Counted from the first letter of the stretch, positions 1 to 11,901 are shown. The stretch: DNA of 64,000 bases from Lingula anatina (GCA_051362555.1 CM120643.1:10974001-11038000), one strand, 5' to 3'. Notes: generated from the sequence alone by a model not told the origin. A program made the numbers and translations.

Positions 1-3000
1 GTAGGGTTCCAGCATGATGTACAGGGAATAAAGGATGCTTTACCCACATACAGGTGCAGTGAATGCCAATATGTCACCTATAAGAAGCACTTGTTGGAGG
101 CACATGCTAAGATTCACAAGCAACCTGGGAGGCCAACAGGGGGGAAATTTAAATGCAAGCGCTGTGACTTCCAGGCCCAAGACTTGTCCTCCTTTCTTCA
201 GCATCGAATAACACACTCTTCCCTTTCAACTGGAAACAGCCCTATCAAACCATTATCTGCAACAGGCCAAATCAGTAAGATGGTCACCAGCCAGGGGCAG
301 ACCTTGAAAGTCACAGACACCCAGACCTCATCAGCCGGGACTGCAGTTACCTTCAAAATGGAGAAGAAACATCGCCGTAAGCCTCTGACTGTTTACAAGT
401 GCCCCAAATGCCCATACAAATGCTTTAAGAGATCTGGATTAGAACTTCATGAAGCAATGCATGAACCGAGAGGGGAAGATGCATTTGTTTGTGACTACTG
501 TGACTATAATGTGTATAGCATGAGTCTTCTGTCCCAACACATGAAACTTCATGGTGAATTTGCCAAGAATAAAGTTACTCAGCCTCAGCCAAGTCAGGTG
601 CAAAATGCCCAAATTTCATTGCTGCCTCCACAGCCTATTTCTAGTCAAAGCACTTTTGTGTCCCCACAAGTACCTGGTCAGGCTGTCTTCCCAGGGCCCA
701 TGAATCCCCAGGAGAGTACAGTTCAGTCCAGCTTGGGACCTGCAGTGTTTCCTCAGGCACAACAGCCTTACATGGAGACCTCCACTACTGACTTTATTTC
801 CAGCAGTCAACACCAGCAAAACAGTTCAGCAGGGGTTACACTGCAGCAGCAGCAACAGCAGCAACAACAGCAGCCAAGTTCCACCGATGGTGCGGTGTCA
901 GGAATGTACTGGACTTTTGTGCCATATTCACAGAACACTTCCACTGCAGCAGCTACCACAAACGTCTCCATGGCTCCCAGCTCCAGTGTTGTTGTGGCAC
1001 CTAGCACTAATGTTGGCGTGACAACAGATATTCCAAGAGCAATTGTGGTGCCATCTACACCTTCCAGTGCAAGCAAGGTCAAGTCCTTCAGAATGATGAC
1101 CCAGGATGAACCCAAGGTCAGAAAGGTTAGGGTTATAGGTGAAATAAGCAAGTACCAGTGCCCCAGATGCCCTTATGTCACCAAAAACAAAGGGAATTTT
1201 GACAAACATGTGCCCATGCACTACAAACGCTTGCGTTTTGTTTGTGAATGGTGTGACCTCAATACTAATCGCCTGAATCTCCTGTACAGACATGCCCTTA
1301 TTGTTCACCCAAGAGAGGCACACGCTGTAGAGAAGAAGGAATTTTTCAGACGAGTGAAACTGAAGTCTACGCGTAAGTTCAAGATGTATAAAATGGAGAA
1401 TGAGAAGATGGTAGCCCATGATGTGAACAAGATCAGCTCTTCCTCTTCTGCAACACCCGTCTCTTCTACTACTGCTCTTGGTTCAGCTGGGGTGAGCATC
1501 TCAGCTGCTCAAGCCACTGCTGCTGTTCAGGCAGTGCAGTCAACACCCTTAAGCACCCTTAAAACACCCTTAAGCAGTGGGACCTCAAAGCTTGCACAAG
1601 AATACACACCAGTTACCACCATGGTGCAACAAACTAGACAGAAACTTCAAGGACCAAGCATGGTACCTCAGAACAACACCCTGGGTATGGAAAAGGGCAT
1701 GACTTTTCATAAGAAGAGAAAATTCCGTTGCAACAAGTGTAATTACATCACAGACAACCTCTTTAACATCAGGCGCCATGTCCAGAAGCATGGCAAGGGC
1801 TACAGATATCAGTGCAAGTTTTGTGATTACAGTTTGGATCGACTTAATTTGCTGTGTAACCATGTCAAGCTTGTCCATGGCGTAGAGAATCCAAAACTGA
1901 GTGAGTCATACACTGTAAATCCAGAGGCCATCAATATGTACAGACCTCGCATTAAGCTTCCTTCAGTGTCACGTGTGAAGGTGCCTCCCACGAAACCTGG
2001 CAAATATAGGCCAATTCTCCCTGCTCCAAGTGCCCCTCAGATAATTGGCACTGCTACAGTTATTACCACACAGACCCATAGTTTAAATTTAGGGCCAACT
2101 CGACCTGTGGAAAAACAAGCATCAGATGGCAGCACAGGAAACCAAGGTAAACAGTCTGTGCCAATTGTTGAGCCCGTGCAGATCAAGATGGAAGAGGAAA
2201 CTGATGAAATGTATGGTCAGCCCCCACCACTGACCATTGAACTGCCAGTTGTTGAGAATGATATGGCAGCTGATACTCCTCTGAGTCCACCAGTCATAGC
2301 AGCACAAACTCCACAGGATTCAGTAATGGGCATTGAAACACCCTTTGGTTCCTTAGGCCCAACTTCCACAGCAGGTGTTCAGCACACCACTATCAACAAG
2401 GCCCCATCCTTTGCTGCTAAGCTAACGGATATAAAATCGGGACATGGAATAGAAGCAGAGAAAATGAATGAACAGTCCCAAGCTACAGGAAGAGTTCATA
2501 AACCTGGGCCTGTGAACGAAGCCATGGCCAAGCACCAGTGCCCCAAATGCCCCTATGTAAATAAGCACAAAGATTCGCTTCTAAAACATATTGAAATGCA
2601 TGAGTACAAGGGCAGGTATAAGTGCCAGTACTGCGATTATAGTCTCGATAGACTTAACCTTCTCTACCAGCATCTGCTTGTGCATGGGAACACAGACAGT
2701 GGGTATGCACACAAGAGAAAACGGCAGAGAAAAGCAGTTGTGGCACAACCATTGTTACAGAGATCGAATAAGGGCAGGAGAAAAGTAAGAGCACTGAGAC
2801 GAAATGAGCAACCCAGTCCAGTTAAAATTGAACCCAAAGAACCAGTGTCTTCTGCTTCTGCTGTCGGCGATTCTGTGGAAAATGAGCAAAATGCCAATGA
2901 ATCTGGTGACGCCAAGCAAAAAACATTCAAGGAGTTCACAAGGGATCTCCTCAATAGACCGACAGTTGAAAATGTAACCCTGAAAAGTGGGAAATCTTGG

Positions 3001-5442
3001 CGACACAGTTTTATTCAAGAGGCTGAGTTTTTCAAGACTGGATCCCATATACGTGTCAGGTATAGGTGCCCCAAGTGTCCATTTGCCACCTTGTGTAAGA
3101 AGCTCATGCTGAAACACAGACACCATCACATATGCAAAGCCAAGTATGTGTGTGAAATCTGCGGGTATGCTGCTAAAAAACCGACCCATCTTCAAAAACA
3201 CAAACGCCTTCATGAAGATAACCCAGATTTTCAATCCAGAGAAAGCACACCAATGAGCAACAGCGCTAGAGAAAGCACCCCGCTCAGCGGCACTGAGAGC
3301 TTCCAGGACAGTAAACCCAAGAGTCAAGTGAATGAGTTGGGAAACGATGATGATAAGCCAGCGAGCCGCATTGATTATGAAGTGAATGAGAACAATTTTG
3401 AAAGCACTACAGATATGTATAATAGTAATCAAGATACGTCTGCTGCTGTGCAAAACCCAACAAAGACATATGGCTTAAAGCAACGCACATACAAATGTCG
3501 CCAGTGCCCATTCAGCAGTAACTCCAGCTTTGAGTTCCGTAAGCATGCCCATTTTCATGGCGCCATGATGAGGTATCTTTGTGACTACTGTTCCTACAGC
3601 GTTGAGCGATTTAATCTGATGTTCCAGCATAGAAAAATGCACATAAATGAGCCGAACTTTGATCCCAGCCCCCCTCCTGATTTTCTGTTGAATCCTCAGA
3701 TGAGTTTCATGCAATCCCCAGCAAAGAAGAAAAGACGGACTGGACCCCAAATACCGGGTGGTCCTTTTCGTAGTTTGAAAAATGAATTTTTAGAAAATAA
3801 CCCCGAAGTTGGGGGATCCGACTCCTCAAACGCCCTACAAGAGGACACCGCCCAAAAGAATTATCCTGCAAATGAAAATGAAAGCAAGCTGCCCGAACAA
3901 GCGCCAAAGAGGCGAAGGAAGAAGAAGCGGTTTGGCCTGGGACTCGGGCTTGGCCAGCGTGTTGGAGCTGCACACAAGTTCCAGTGCTCAAACTGTCCAT
4001 ACAAGAGCCACTACCCAAGGATATTTCGGACTCACATCAGCATGCACGGATCAAACCAGAGGTATAAATGCGACTACTGTGACTGGAGCGCTCACCGTCT
4101 GAACTTCGTCATGAACCACCGAAAAGTTCACAGAATTCTGCCAACGTTTGTCCAATCACCAAGCCTAGCGGTGTTTGTGAACACTAACGCAAACACAAAT
4201 GAGGGGACCGTCGCATCCAAAGCAAGGGATTGGACTCAAACATCTGTGGAACAGTGGTCGGCGCCGCCACCGCTACCGCCACCGCAGCCTTCAACAGGCC
4301 CATCAACAGCTGCCGCAAAGCCTAGAGATACAGTATTCAAGTCTGGGCTATATCCTTGTCAACTGTGCCCCTTTTCTTGCGACAACGTCCAAAAGATGTA
4401 TAGGCACAGAATCCTACACAGCAAACCTGGTAGATTTAATTGTAACAAGTGTAGTTATAGTGTAGGGCGCCGCAATTTGCTGTACCAGCACCAGAGACTT
4501 CACCAAGCGGCAGAGGTAGGCAGCTTGCCGGCCTTGAAGCAACGGAAACCTTGGAAGCGTTTACGCTGCCAACACTGCCCTTATCACACACACAGCCGCT
4601 TTTTGTTAGACAACCATCAAAAGAACCACACCTCTGTTGGCAAGTACAAGTGCAACCACTGTGGCTATAGCGTAGACCGATTAAACCTGTTGCACCAGCA
4701 CCAGAAATTGCACAGAAAACCAGTCTCTGAGGAACAACAACAACAACAACAACAACAGCCTAATACCGATTCTGGGGCCCAGTCGCCAGCTGTGGTAAAG
4801 TCTGAATTCATTCAGAGCGCACCGGAAGCTCAGACCAAAATTTTAGTATCGTCAGTGGCACCGCGCGTAGGAAAACACACAGCAAGGAAGTCAATGAAGC
4901 AGTCTTCCGGATATCTTCGACCCGCAATGACCGGCTATCCAACTCATACTCGTCGGCCGTATAAGTGCAACAGGTGCCCATATTCTACAACCAATAAAAA
5001 CAACCATGAAGTGCATGCCTCTATGCACGGCGTCAACAACAAGTACGGTTGCCCTTACTGCGATTTCTCCTGTCACAAAATGTACTTCATGACCGTTCAC
5101 ATTCGTCTGCATTTTCCAAATGGGCAACTCAGTGACGATACCATAAGACGCATGGCACAGTGCTCCAAAAGTAAGCCAGTTGTTCAGCTGACGAAGATGG
5201 GGATGTCCACCCCTACGGTCAAAGTGCCAGCTGGGGAACAGGTACACGGCGTCGTCCCGTTTGGCGCCTTGGATGAGCAACATGGTTCATTGCAGCAGAC
5301 CATGGTAATCTCCCCGGAACCGGCACGTGAACCTCTCAGGAATGACGATGGTAAATTCGTCTGCCAATACTGCGACAGGTTGTTTGAAGAAAAAGACGCC
5401 GTGCTGCGACATGAAAAACAACATTTGATTGGCTATCAGTGA
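1..5442 (+). CDS. Large multi-C2H2 zinc-finger protein, 5'-partial; single giant terminal coding exon (>5.4 kb)
   Basis: Frame is open from base 1 (VGFQHDVQGIKDALPTYRCSECQYVTYKKHLLEAHAKIH...) to TGA at 5440-5442, so the ORF-track start at 91 is not the true start. 23 CxxC...HxxxH fingers: 11 doublets plus one C-terminal finger, separated by long Ser/Thr/Gln/Pro-rich linkers with poly-Q tracts near 844-873 and 4735-4758. AATAAA at 5701. Confidence 0.93.
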   Translation, partial: VGFQHDVQGIKDALPTYRCSECQYVTYKKHLLEAHAKIHKQPGRPTGGKFKCKRCDFQAQDLSSFLQHRITHSSLSTGNSPIKPLSATGQISKMVTSQGQTLKVTDTQTSSAGTAVTFKMEKKHRRKPLTVYKCPKCPYKCFKRSGLELHEAMHEPRGEDAFVCDYCDYNVYSMSLLSQHMKLHGEFAKNKVTQPQPSQVQNAQISLLPPQPISSQSTFVSPQVPGQAVFPGPMNPQESTVQSSLGPAVFPQAQQPYMETSTTDFISSSQHQQNSSAGVTLQQQQQQQQQQPSSTDGAVSGMYWTFVPYSQNTSTAAATTNVSMAPSSSVVVAPSTNVGVTTDIPRAIVVPSTPSSASKVKSFRMMTQDEPKVRKVRVIGEISKYQCPRCPYVTKNKGNFDKHVPMHYKRLRFVCEWCDLNTNRLNLLYRHALIVHPREAHAVEKKEFFRRVKLKSTRKFKMYKMENEKMVAHDVNKISSSSSATPVSSTTALGSAGVSISAAQATAAVQAVQSTPLSTLKTPLSSGTSKLAQEYTPVTTMVQQTRQKLQGPSMVPQNNTLGMEKGMTFHKKRKFRCNKCNYITDNLFNIRRHVQKHGKGYRYQCKFCDYSLDRLNLLCNHVKLVHGVENPKLSESYTVNPEAINMYRPRIKLPSVSRVKVPPTKPGKYRPILPAPSAPQIIGTATVITTQTHSLNLGPTRPVEKQASDGSTGNQGKQSVPIVEPVQIKMEEETDEMYGQPPPLTIELPVVENDMAADTPLSPPVIAAQTPQDSVMGIETPFGSLGPTSTAGVQHTTINKAPSFAAKLTDIKSGHGIEAEKMNEQSQATGRVHKPGPVNEAMAKHQCPKCPYVNKHKDSLLKHIEMHEYKGRYKCQYCDYSLDRLNLLYQHLLVHGNTDSGYAHKRKRQRKAVVAQPLLQRSNKGRRKVRALRRNEQPSPVKIEPKEPVSSASAVGDSVENEQNANESGDAKQKTFKEFTRDLLNRPTVENVTLKSGKSWRHSFIQEAEFFKTGSHIRVRYRCPKCPFATLCKKLMLKHRHHHICKAKYVCEICGYAAKKPTHLQKHKRLHEDNPDFQSRESTPMSNSARESTPLSGTESFQDSKPKSQVNELGNDDDKPASRIDYEVNENNFESTTDMYNSNQDTSAAVQNPTKTYGLKQRTYKCRQCPFSSNSSFEFRKHAHFHGAMMRYLCDYCSYSVERFNLMFQHRKMHINEPNFDPSPPPDFLLNPQMSFMQSPAKKKRRTGPQIPGGPFRSLKNEFLENNPEVGGSDSSNALQEDTAQKNYPANENESKLPEQAPKRRRKKKRFGLGLGLGQRVGAAHKFQCSNCPYKSHYPRIFRTHISMHGSNQRYKCDYCDWSAHRLNFVMNHRKVHRILPTFVQSPSLAVFVNTNANTNEGTVASKARDWTQTSVEQWSAPPPLPPPQPSTGPSTAAAKPRDTVFKSGLYPCQLCPFSCDNVQKMYRHRILHSKPGRFNCNKCSYSVGRRNLLYQHQRLHQAAEVGSLPALKQRKPWKRLRCQHCPYHTHSRFLLDNHQKNHTSVGKYKCNHCGYSVDRLNLLHQHQKLHRKPVSEEQQQQQQQQPNTDSGAQSPAVVKSEFIQSAPEAQTKILVSSVAPRVGKHTARKSMKQSSGYLRPAMTGYPTHTRRPYKCNRCPYSTTNKNNHEVHASMHGVNNKYGCPYCDFSCHKMYFMTVHIRLHFPNGQLSDDTIRRMAQCSKSKPVVQLTKMGMSTPTVKVPAGEQVHGVVPFGALDEQHGSLQQTMVISPEPAREPLRNDDGKFVCQYCDRLFEEKDAVLRHEKQHLIGYQ

Positions 5443-7099
5443 TTGGCTTATTGACATCTGAAACGCCGTCTGAATCGCTTTTTCAGTCGTAATTTTTGGC
5501 GAAGTCTAGGGATGTGCCTTCCATACATTTCATGCTCTCCTAGCGATATATTTTATACGGCCAGTAGATTTTTTTGCTCAGTACACTGCGATTCTGCCTT
5601 GGCTTTTAGTTGCAAAAGCGGTGCTAATTCTGCTTCTACTTGCATTGCCGTTTTTAATCACAGGAGTTGCCAAAGTAACAAGCTCTGTGTATGCCACGTC
5701 AATAAAATAACAGTAGGAAAGACGATGTGCATTTAAAACACAGATACAACTCGATTTACGTGGGTGGGGTTTCACATTAGCAACTCCGTTGTTTTTTGTA
5801 GGGGATTTTAGTAACTGTACATTGAACAAATAATTTGTAATCTCATGTTTCTATAATGAATTATAATATTACATTGATTTCTATATATGATTATTATAAT
5901 CTTTAATCGAACAAGTCGAGCGATATACAATCGTTATGTAGCTGATATTTATTTTAGTATTGTATCCCATGTAGAATTATTGGTTTATTTTAAATATTTT
6001 AGTGTATCATATGCATAAAGCGTTATATACCGCATAATGAATAGCGTTAGATAGCAACGGACATTGGGTAAGTTGATGGTCAGTGACATAGCAATGAGGG
6101 CTGACCGGAAGCAATCCTCTGGACTGTCCCGTTTCTCATACTTCAAACGCCTAAGCTACGCCGGTAAGGATCTACCAAAGCGTGCTTTGCGCCAGAAATT
6201 ACGTTGCTTGGATATCGAAATTGGTAGCACAGTGCATGTATCATGTACGTCATCTTTGAAAAATTGGAATAGCAATAACCGTTTTGTTTGCAAGAAATAT
6301 AAGTAATAGAAAAACGACCTTAAAAATCAGCATTCCATTTTGCGTGTGAATCCATTCCTTGTATCTGAAGTCAACCGATCCCCAGCGTTATGCACAGTTA
6401 AGTTTAAGGATTAACTTTGCATCATTCTTAGTAGATAAAGGCAAAAAACATTTGAAATCTAGTTGATCATAAGCAGTAATTAGTACAGACTCACGCGATG
6501 TCTTATGGCGAAGTTTTTAGAAGTAACAGGTAAATTTGAAAAGTTCATGAACGTCATTATCTTAAAATCGTATACATAACTGATGATATTGACCACAATA
6601 AATGTAGACACAACCGATTATCTCGCCACAAATGTATATTACTATGCAATGAAATAAAATTATGTTACAAACTTTTGTTTTTAGCTTTGGAAATACTGCA
6701 AGACATCTCACATTTTTAATTACAAATTGTATTAAAAATTATTAAACATTGAGCCCACTACGCATGAATGCATGCATGAATAACCGTCCAAACACAAAGT
6801 ACCCGGAAAACATCTGACAACTACCTCAAAGCTCATGACTTATACAATTAAACCTAACAAACATACAAACACATCCAACGTGAGCAGAAAGTACAGAGTA
6901 TTTTTACAAATAAATATAATACGTATACATGTACAATCAGCGTAACAAAAACAAATCCATTATTATACTCAAGTTGGTGGAGTCGTTATGGCCTAAATAC
7001 ATGCTAATAAAACGGTAACAATGTTAGCATAAGGAAAATAAATAGTTTACAGCATGTATCAAACGACACACGTCGTGCGTAGGCCCTCCTCTCCAAAGA

Positions 7100-7400
7100 T
7101 TTTCTACCTATCTAAAATCTAACACAGGTTATTCCTTGCGTGTAGAGATTGCCATAGGGCAAAAACATATTCCTTTTTTGGGTTTCACCAGTACCACAGA
7201 CACATTTCTGATCTTCCAAGGGTACGCGGGACCAGCGGCCCTTCTCCACTGTCAGGTCGTGTTATGGCAACCTGTACCGAGTTGCAATAATTCTTTGAAA
7301 CTCCTTGACGTCCATATCTTTATCCATGCCTGAGACGGTTAGATCGGGATTAAACTCTCTACACAATACAGTTTAATAAGATATACTTGTATGGAAGCCG
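7100..7400 (-). mobile_element. Degenerate non-LTR retrotransposon (LINE) 3' coding remnant
   Basis: Minus strand reads RIIATRYRLP*HDLTVEKGRWSRVPLEDQKCVCG, the TRxRLxxHxLxxExGR...C-x-C motif that follows the RT domain in many invertebrate LINEs. It has an in-frame stop. The same motif class recurs at 48876-49551. Boundaries approximate. Confidence 0.65.
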
Positions 7401-7667
7401 TCGTCATAGCCGTTGAGGCACCAAGGATGCGGGAACCAAAGGAAGCTGGTGTTGAAGGCCGATGATGTTGATACCAACAAACCTCTGTATGGATGTTTTA
7501 TTATCCACATGAAAAGGACATACGGGTCGATTATGCTTCAAATTGTCAAAAGCCAGTGATTTAAACCTTGTTTCAAATGCTGATCGAAAAGAAATTTTCT
7601 CTTTTTAGATTACAAAATGGAGGGTTTATAATTACCGTTTCCAAATTATCTTCAAAACGGCAAAAAT

Positions 7668-7674
7668 CGTCCCT

Positions 7675-7715
<41 letters not shown>

Positions 7716-7741
7716 ACGCTGACCGATGGCGCCAAAGCTGA
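7668..7741 (-). pseudogene. tRNA-Asn(GTT) pseudogene or truncated copy
   Basis: Minus strand TGGCGCCATCGGTCAGCGTGTTCGGCT-GTT-AACCGAAAGGTTGGTGGTTCAAGCCCACCCAGGGACG matches the metazoan tRNA-Asn body (anticodon at 7705-7707), followed by a T5 Pol III terminator. The 5' acceptor strand is TCAGCTT rather than GTCTCTG and cannot pair with CAGGGAC. Confidence 0.82.
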
Positions 7742-7760
7742 GGAATGTTTGCCTGTCGTG

Positions 7761-7896
7761 GGAGGGGGGGGGGGGAAGAGAGGAAGGAAGGAAGGAAGGA
7801 GGGAATGAAAAAGAAAGAAGAAAAAGAGAGAAGGAAAATAAAGCGAAGAAAAAGAAAGAAAGACGGAAAAAGTTGAAAAAGAAAAACAGAAAAGAA
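7761..7896. repeat. Purine-rich low-complexity tract (poly-G, GGAA, GAAA)
   Basis: Direct reading of the sequence. Confidence 0.8.
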
Positions 7897-7980
7897 AGCA
7901 GTCTCCACCCAATGCCGTTTCACCCCTAAATTTTCATTCTATAATGATTTAGTTTTTTATTTTTGATTATTGATTGATAA

Positions 7981-8150
7981 ATGATCCGGATCACCAAAAA
8001 CTAATCATCTGTTCCTTGGCCTACTTCTAACAGTTCTTGAAAATTTCATCAAAATCGGTCCATAACTTTTTCTGTAATGTTGCTATCAGACAGACAGACA
8101 GATAGACAAACTAACCGAACCAAAAACATAACCTCCCTGGCGGAGGTAAT
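7981..8150 (+). mobile_element. Short non-autonomous Helentron/DINE-like element end
   Basis: (GACA)n microsatellite at ~8087-8108 followed by terminal hairpin ACCTCC-CTGGC-GGAGGT at 8131-8147, the layout typical of Helentron-associated interspersed elements. Confidence 0.6.
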
Positions 8151-9980
8151 TACTTTGACCTCAAACCATAGTTATTTGCATAACAACAAGTTGGTCATCG
8201 TAGTGCGAGCTGTCTTCCCGAATGCTCACTTGGCAGTTAGACAGAGTCGGGTGTAGACGCAACAGTATGTGTGGTGCAGTCAGAAGGTCGAGCTTTTATA
8301 AGGCGTGGAAGCAAATGTATGTTTGTGAGTATCACTATTTCTTCATCAACCACAGCCATTAAATACTAAAGGCGCAGAAGAATGAGAAAAATATTTACGA
8401 CAAATATTTATGACATGAATCCTTTTACTATATTTCCATTGTTACTTGTATGTCACTCAGAATGGTAGAAGTTATTGCTTACAGTGCATTGGGACTCCAT
8501 ATGTTCAGGATAAACTACGCATTCATCTGATTTTTGATGATAACCTAAGTTTGCTTGAAATCCTCTGCACTTTGTAACCCTCTGTTTGAACATTTTGTGT
8601 GTCCCGGCCCTGACAATAAATTTTGAATATTTTGACGTAATTTAAAATGTCGTGTGTGTTTAAACGTAAGTATTACCGCCCAAATTAATTAAATGGATGA
8701 TGCTTGTCACCGTTCTGAGCTTCTGATCCAAGGATTTCGAGTGCTCATTGCACAATGATTGACAGATACATATTTTACATAGCCTGTCGTCTCCATTGTG
8801 CCGTGTGTTGTCCATCCATTACACGGTTCACTGTATGAAAACTTATTATATGTGTGCAATACATTTATTATAATTTTCAAAGAGAATTTGTACATGTAAA
8901 TGATCTCTTTCTCTGAAATGCGTCAAACACGTGTTATAACTACAACACGTGTTATAACTTTTAATATCAAGAGGAATACATTAACGGTCGTAGCAATAAC
9001 CTCACCCACCCTGCAAATGAAACGGGTTGTACTATCAATGTTACTTTTTAACAACAGGCCTAAAATAGTTATATCATTAAGTAATTCCATATCATAATTT
9101 TGAACATCAAACTGTTAATAAACGTGCACGCCATTCCATTTATATGTGCCCTCTGCACTGTGATATTACATGCATTATTAGAATGTAGAGATCCCGTCTG
9201 TTTCGTTCAAAGTTGTAAACATTATTTTATCTTTTCAGGAGCTCAACGAGATTCTGCACAGCATCCGCCTGAAAGCAACCTATGAAGTCTAGCCTTTGTT
9301 TCACACACAGAACGCACGCTCCTTCGTACATCTATTTTATGAAAACTCAATAAAAAAAAACTTTTGTAATTTGGCGTTTTATTTTTCACTTTGTTATGAA
9401 ATTATAATGATAAAGATAGTAGTAATCATAATGGAAAATGTTTGAGGACTTTCAAATTCAATCTGATCTGTAAATAATGTCAATTTTTGCGGTTGACGGT
9501 TTTCTGTGGTACCTAAATTTTAAATAGTTGTAAAATGATCAGTATTTTCTAAATAACCTCTCCAAGCTGTTTTAGCGCACTGAAATAAAATATCTAAAAT
9601 GGTTTTCAACAACCTACATTTTATAGTTCAAATTAATATAAATTTACAATCTTGGTTTTAAAAAATTCACATGAGATTTTTGTTCTATAGCATATGGTAC
9701 TTATTCGTTTGGATATAATTCTTCCTATATTTTCTTATATAGGGAGGGTCCCATTTTGGCTTTCGCTATCGTGAATTGTTTTAATTTGGCGGCTTATTAT
9801 TAGTATAAATACTGGATTTGATATTTGAACGCAATAATGAAACGGTGGGATGATTTCTGATGCGAGCTCAAATCAAGTTAGTTTTTTTTTTTAAAATGGA
9901 TACGGCTGAAATTGGCCAGAATTTTAATTTCTGAGGGTAAAACAGAATTTCTTCAGTTCCTGTGGGGATAATAACAAGAT

Positions 9981-10510
9981 TCGCCCCACCTGTCACCCCT
10001 TCTTATGCAATGGACTCACCCCTCTTATACAATGGACTCGTCCCACCTGTCACCCCTTCTTATGCAATGGACCTGCCCCACCTTTCACCCCTCTCATGCA
10101 ATAGACCTGCCCCACCTGTCACCCCTTCTAAAGCAATGGACTCACCCCACCTGTCACCCCTCTCATGCAATGGACTCGCCCCACCTGTCACCCCTCTCAT
10201 GCAATGGACTCGCCCCACCTGTCACCCCTTCCCATGCAATGGACTCGCCCCACCTGTCACCCCTTCCCATGCAATGGACTTGCCCCACCTGTCACCCCTT
10301 CCCATGCAATGGACTCGCCCCACCTGTCACCCCTTCCCATGCAATTGACTCCCCCACCTGTCACCCCTTCTCATGCAATGGACTCGCCCCACCTGTCACC
10401 CCTTCTCATGCAATGGGCTCGCCCCACCTGTCACCCCTTCTCATGCAATGGGCTCGCCCCACCTGTCACCCCTTCTCATGCAATGGGCTCGCCCCACCTA
10501 TCACCCATTT
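9981..10510. repeat. C-rich minisatellite, 34-35 bp unit, about 15 copies
   Basis: Unit TGCAATGGACTCGCCCCACCTGTCACCCCTTCCCA with variants. It explains the overlapping repetitive ORFs at 9962-10555. Confidence 0.95.
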
Positions 10511-11636
10511 ATTTGGAATGGAGTCGCCTCTCCTGACATCCCTCAGATAGAGTAGGTTTTCTCCACTAAACCCCTCCAATTTGAATGGACTCCCCCAATT
10601 TGTCTATCAAGTGACCGTGGCGTACTATTCAACCTTGCTTGCTTCTGTCAAGTCTTCACTGCTAAACCTTTTCACTACTCCTGTGTTAGTTGAGCTTGTG
10701 AGCATTTGATTTGAATGAATTTTCTAAAATGAAGTTAAAACAATCCATTAAATAATCACAAACGCCAATCAACAATCAGGATTGCTTAAAAACACATTTT
10801 AAATAATTTTGATAAACATTATTACATAATTGAAGTCTAATTTTATAGGTTTTTTAAAGCTTTTCATCATGTCGGTAATTTCGTGTAGGTACCGACTGCC
10901 CAAGGATTCTAAAATCCTCATTGCTCTAGTTGCCGACTAACCCCAACCCCAATTTGTAATCAGCCACTAGGTGTAGTTAACACAGCGTATGGCGCAGGTT
11001 TGATGTCCAACGTTATACCGACAGCGTATGGGGCGACTACTGTTTGCTATATTGGTAAATATAACCGACAGATGTCTTTTACTTTTTTATAACATTGTTA
11101 GAACGTTTTAATACTAGATGTGATGATTAATGTTGTGCAAATTGTAGTAATGCAAAATATGAAATGCTTTGTTCATTTGTTTTTGTCAAAATTAACAAAA
11201 AAGTATAATTTATAAATTTCATCAAAATTTATATACGTTAATAGAACTTGCTCGCAACTTTTCTCGGATCAATGATCCGAGAAACGTTGCCAGTGACAAT
11301 GACAGTACAACGTTAGGATAACGTTCTCTTAACATTTGTTGATGGTCTAACCAATATATAACCCTGTTATCAACGTTCTGTGTAAGCTGGGTATATGTTA
11401 CCTTCATTATTTTGCATGTGTGAAAAAACATTTATTAACGAGAGATCTAATATCTATGAAACCAAACTTGATTTTTTTTTATTTTTAAATAAACTCAAAT
11501 GACACTATAAATAGATTTTTTATTAATGATAATAAATGATGGGTTATTGTTTTAAAAGTATAACTACAGGTACAAAAAAATTCAACCTTAAAGATACATT
11601 CCATGGATTTGAAAATCCCCCAAACGCCATCCACAG

Positions 11637-11901
11637 CAGTGGCGGATTTAGGGGGCCCGGGGTGTCAGGGGGGTCCTGACACCCCCTTCAATTTATGAAA
11701 AAAAAATCACACCAATGGTCCCCCTCTTGCAATTAGAATTTTGACTAGCTGAATCAGTCTCTGAACCGTACCAAATGGCACCATTCGCCCTTTAAATTAC
11801 CAAAAAATTTCGGGGCCCCGCACCCAACACCAAGGGTGGGGGGTATGGTCGGCTTCGCATCCGCGGACCCCCCCCTTCAATAAATCCTGGATCCGCCCCT
11901 G
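11637..11901. mobile_element. MITE with GC-rich TIRs
   Basis: Left CAGTGGCGGATTTAGG, right CCTGGATCCGCCCCTG (imperfect 16-bp inverted repeats). No clear TSD. Confidence 0.65.

Noticed and set aside
616-5283. Many antisense and alternate-frame ORFs overlapping the zinc-finger CDS
   Set aside because: Shadows of a long coding exon with no independent motifs; the poly-Cys run is the reverse of the poly-Q codons.
7573-7929. Phe/Ser-rich and Lys/Glu-rich ORFs
   Set aside because: Translations of the purine-rich tract and the tRNA pseudogene.
9962-10555. Repetitive Cys/Pro/His-rich ORFs; CRISPR-like appearance
   Set aside because: Head-to-tail 34-35 bp minisatellite with no unique spacers; frames shift with unit length; eukaryotic context.
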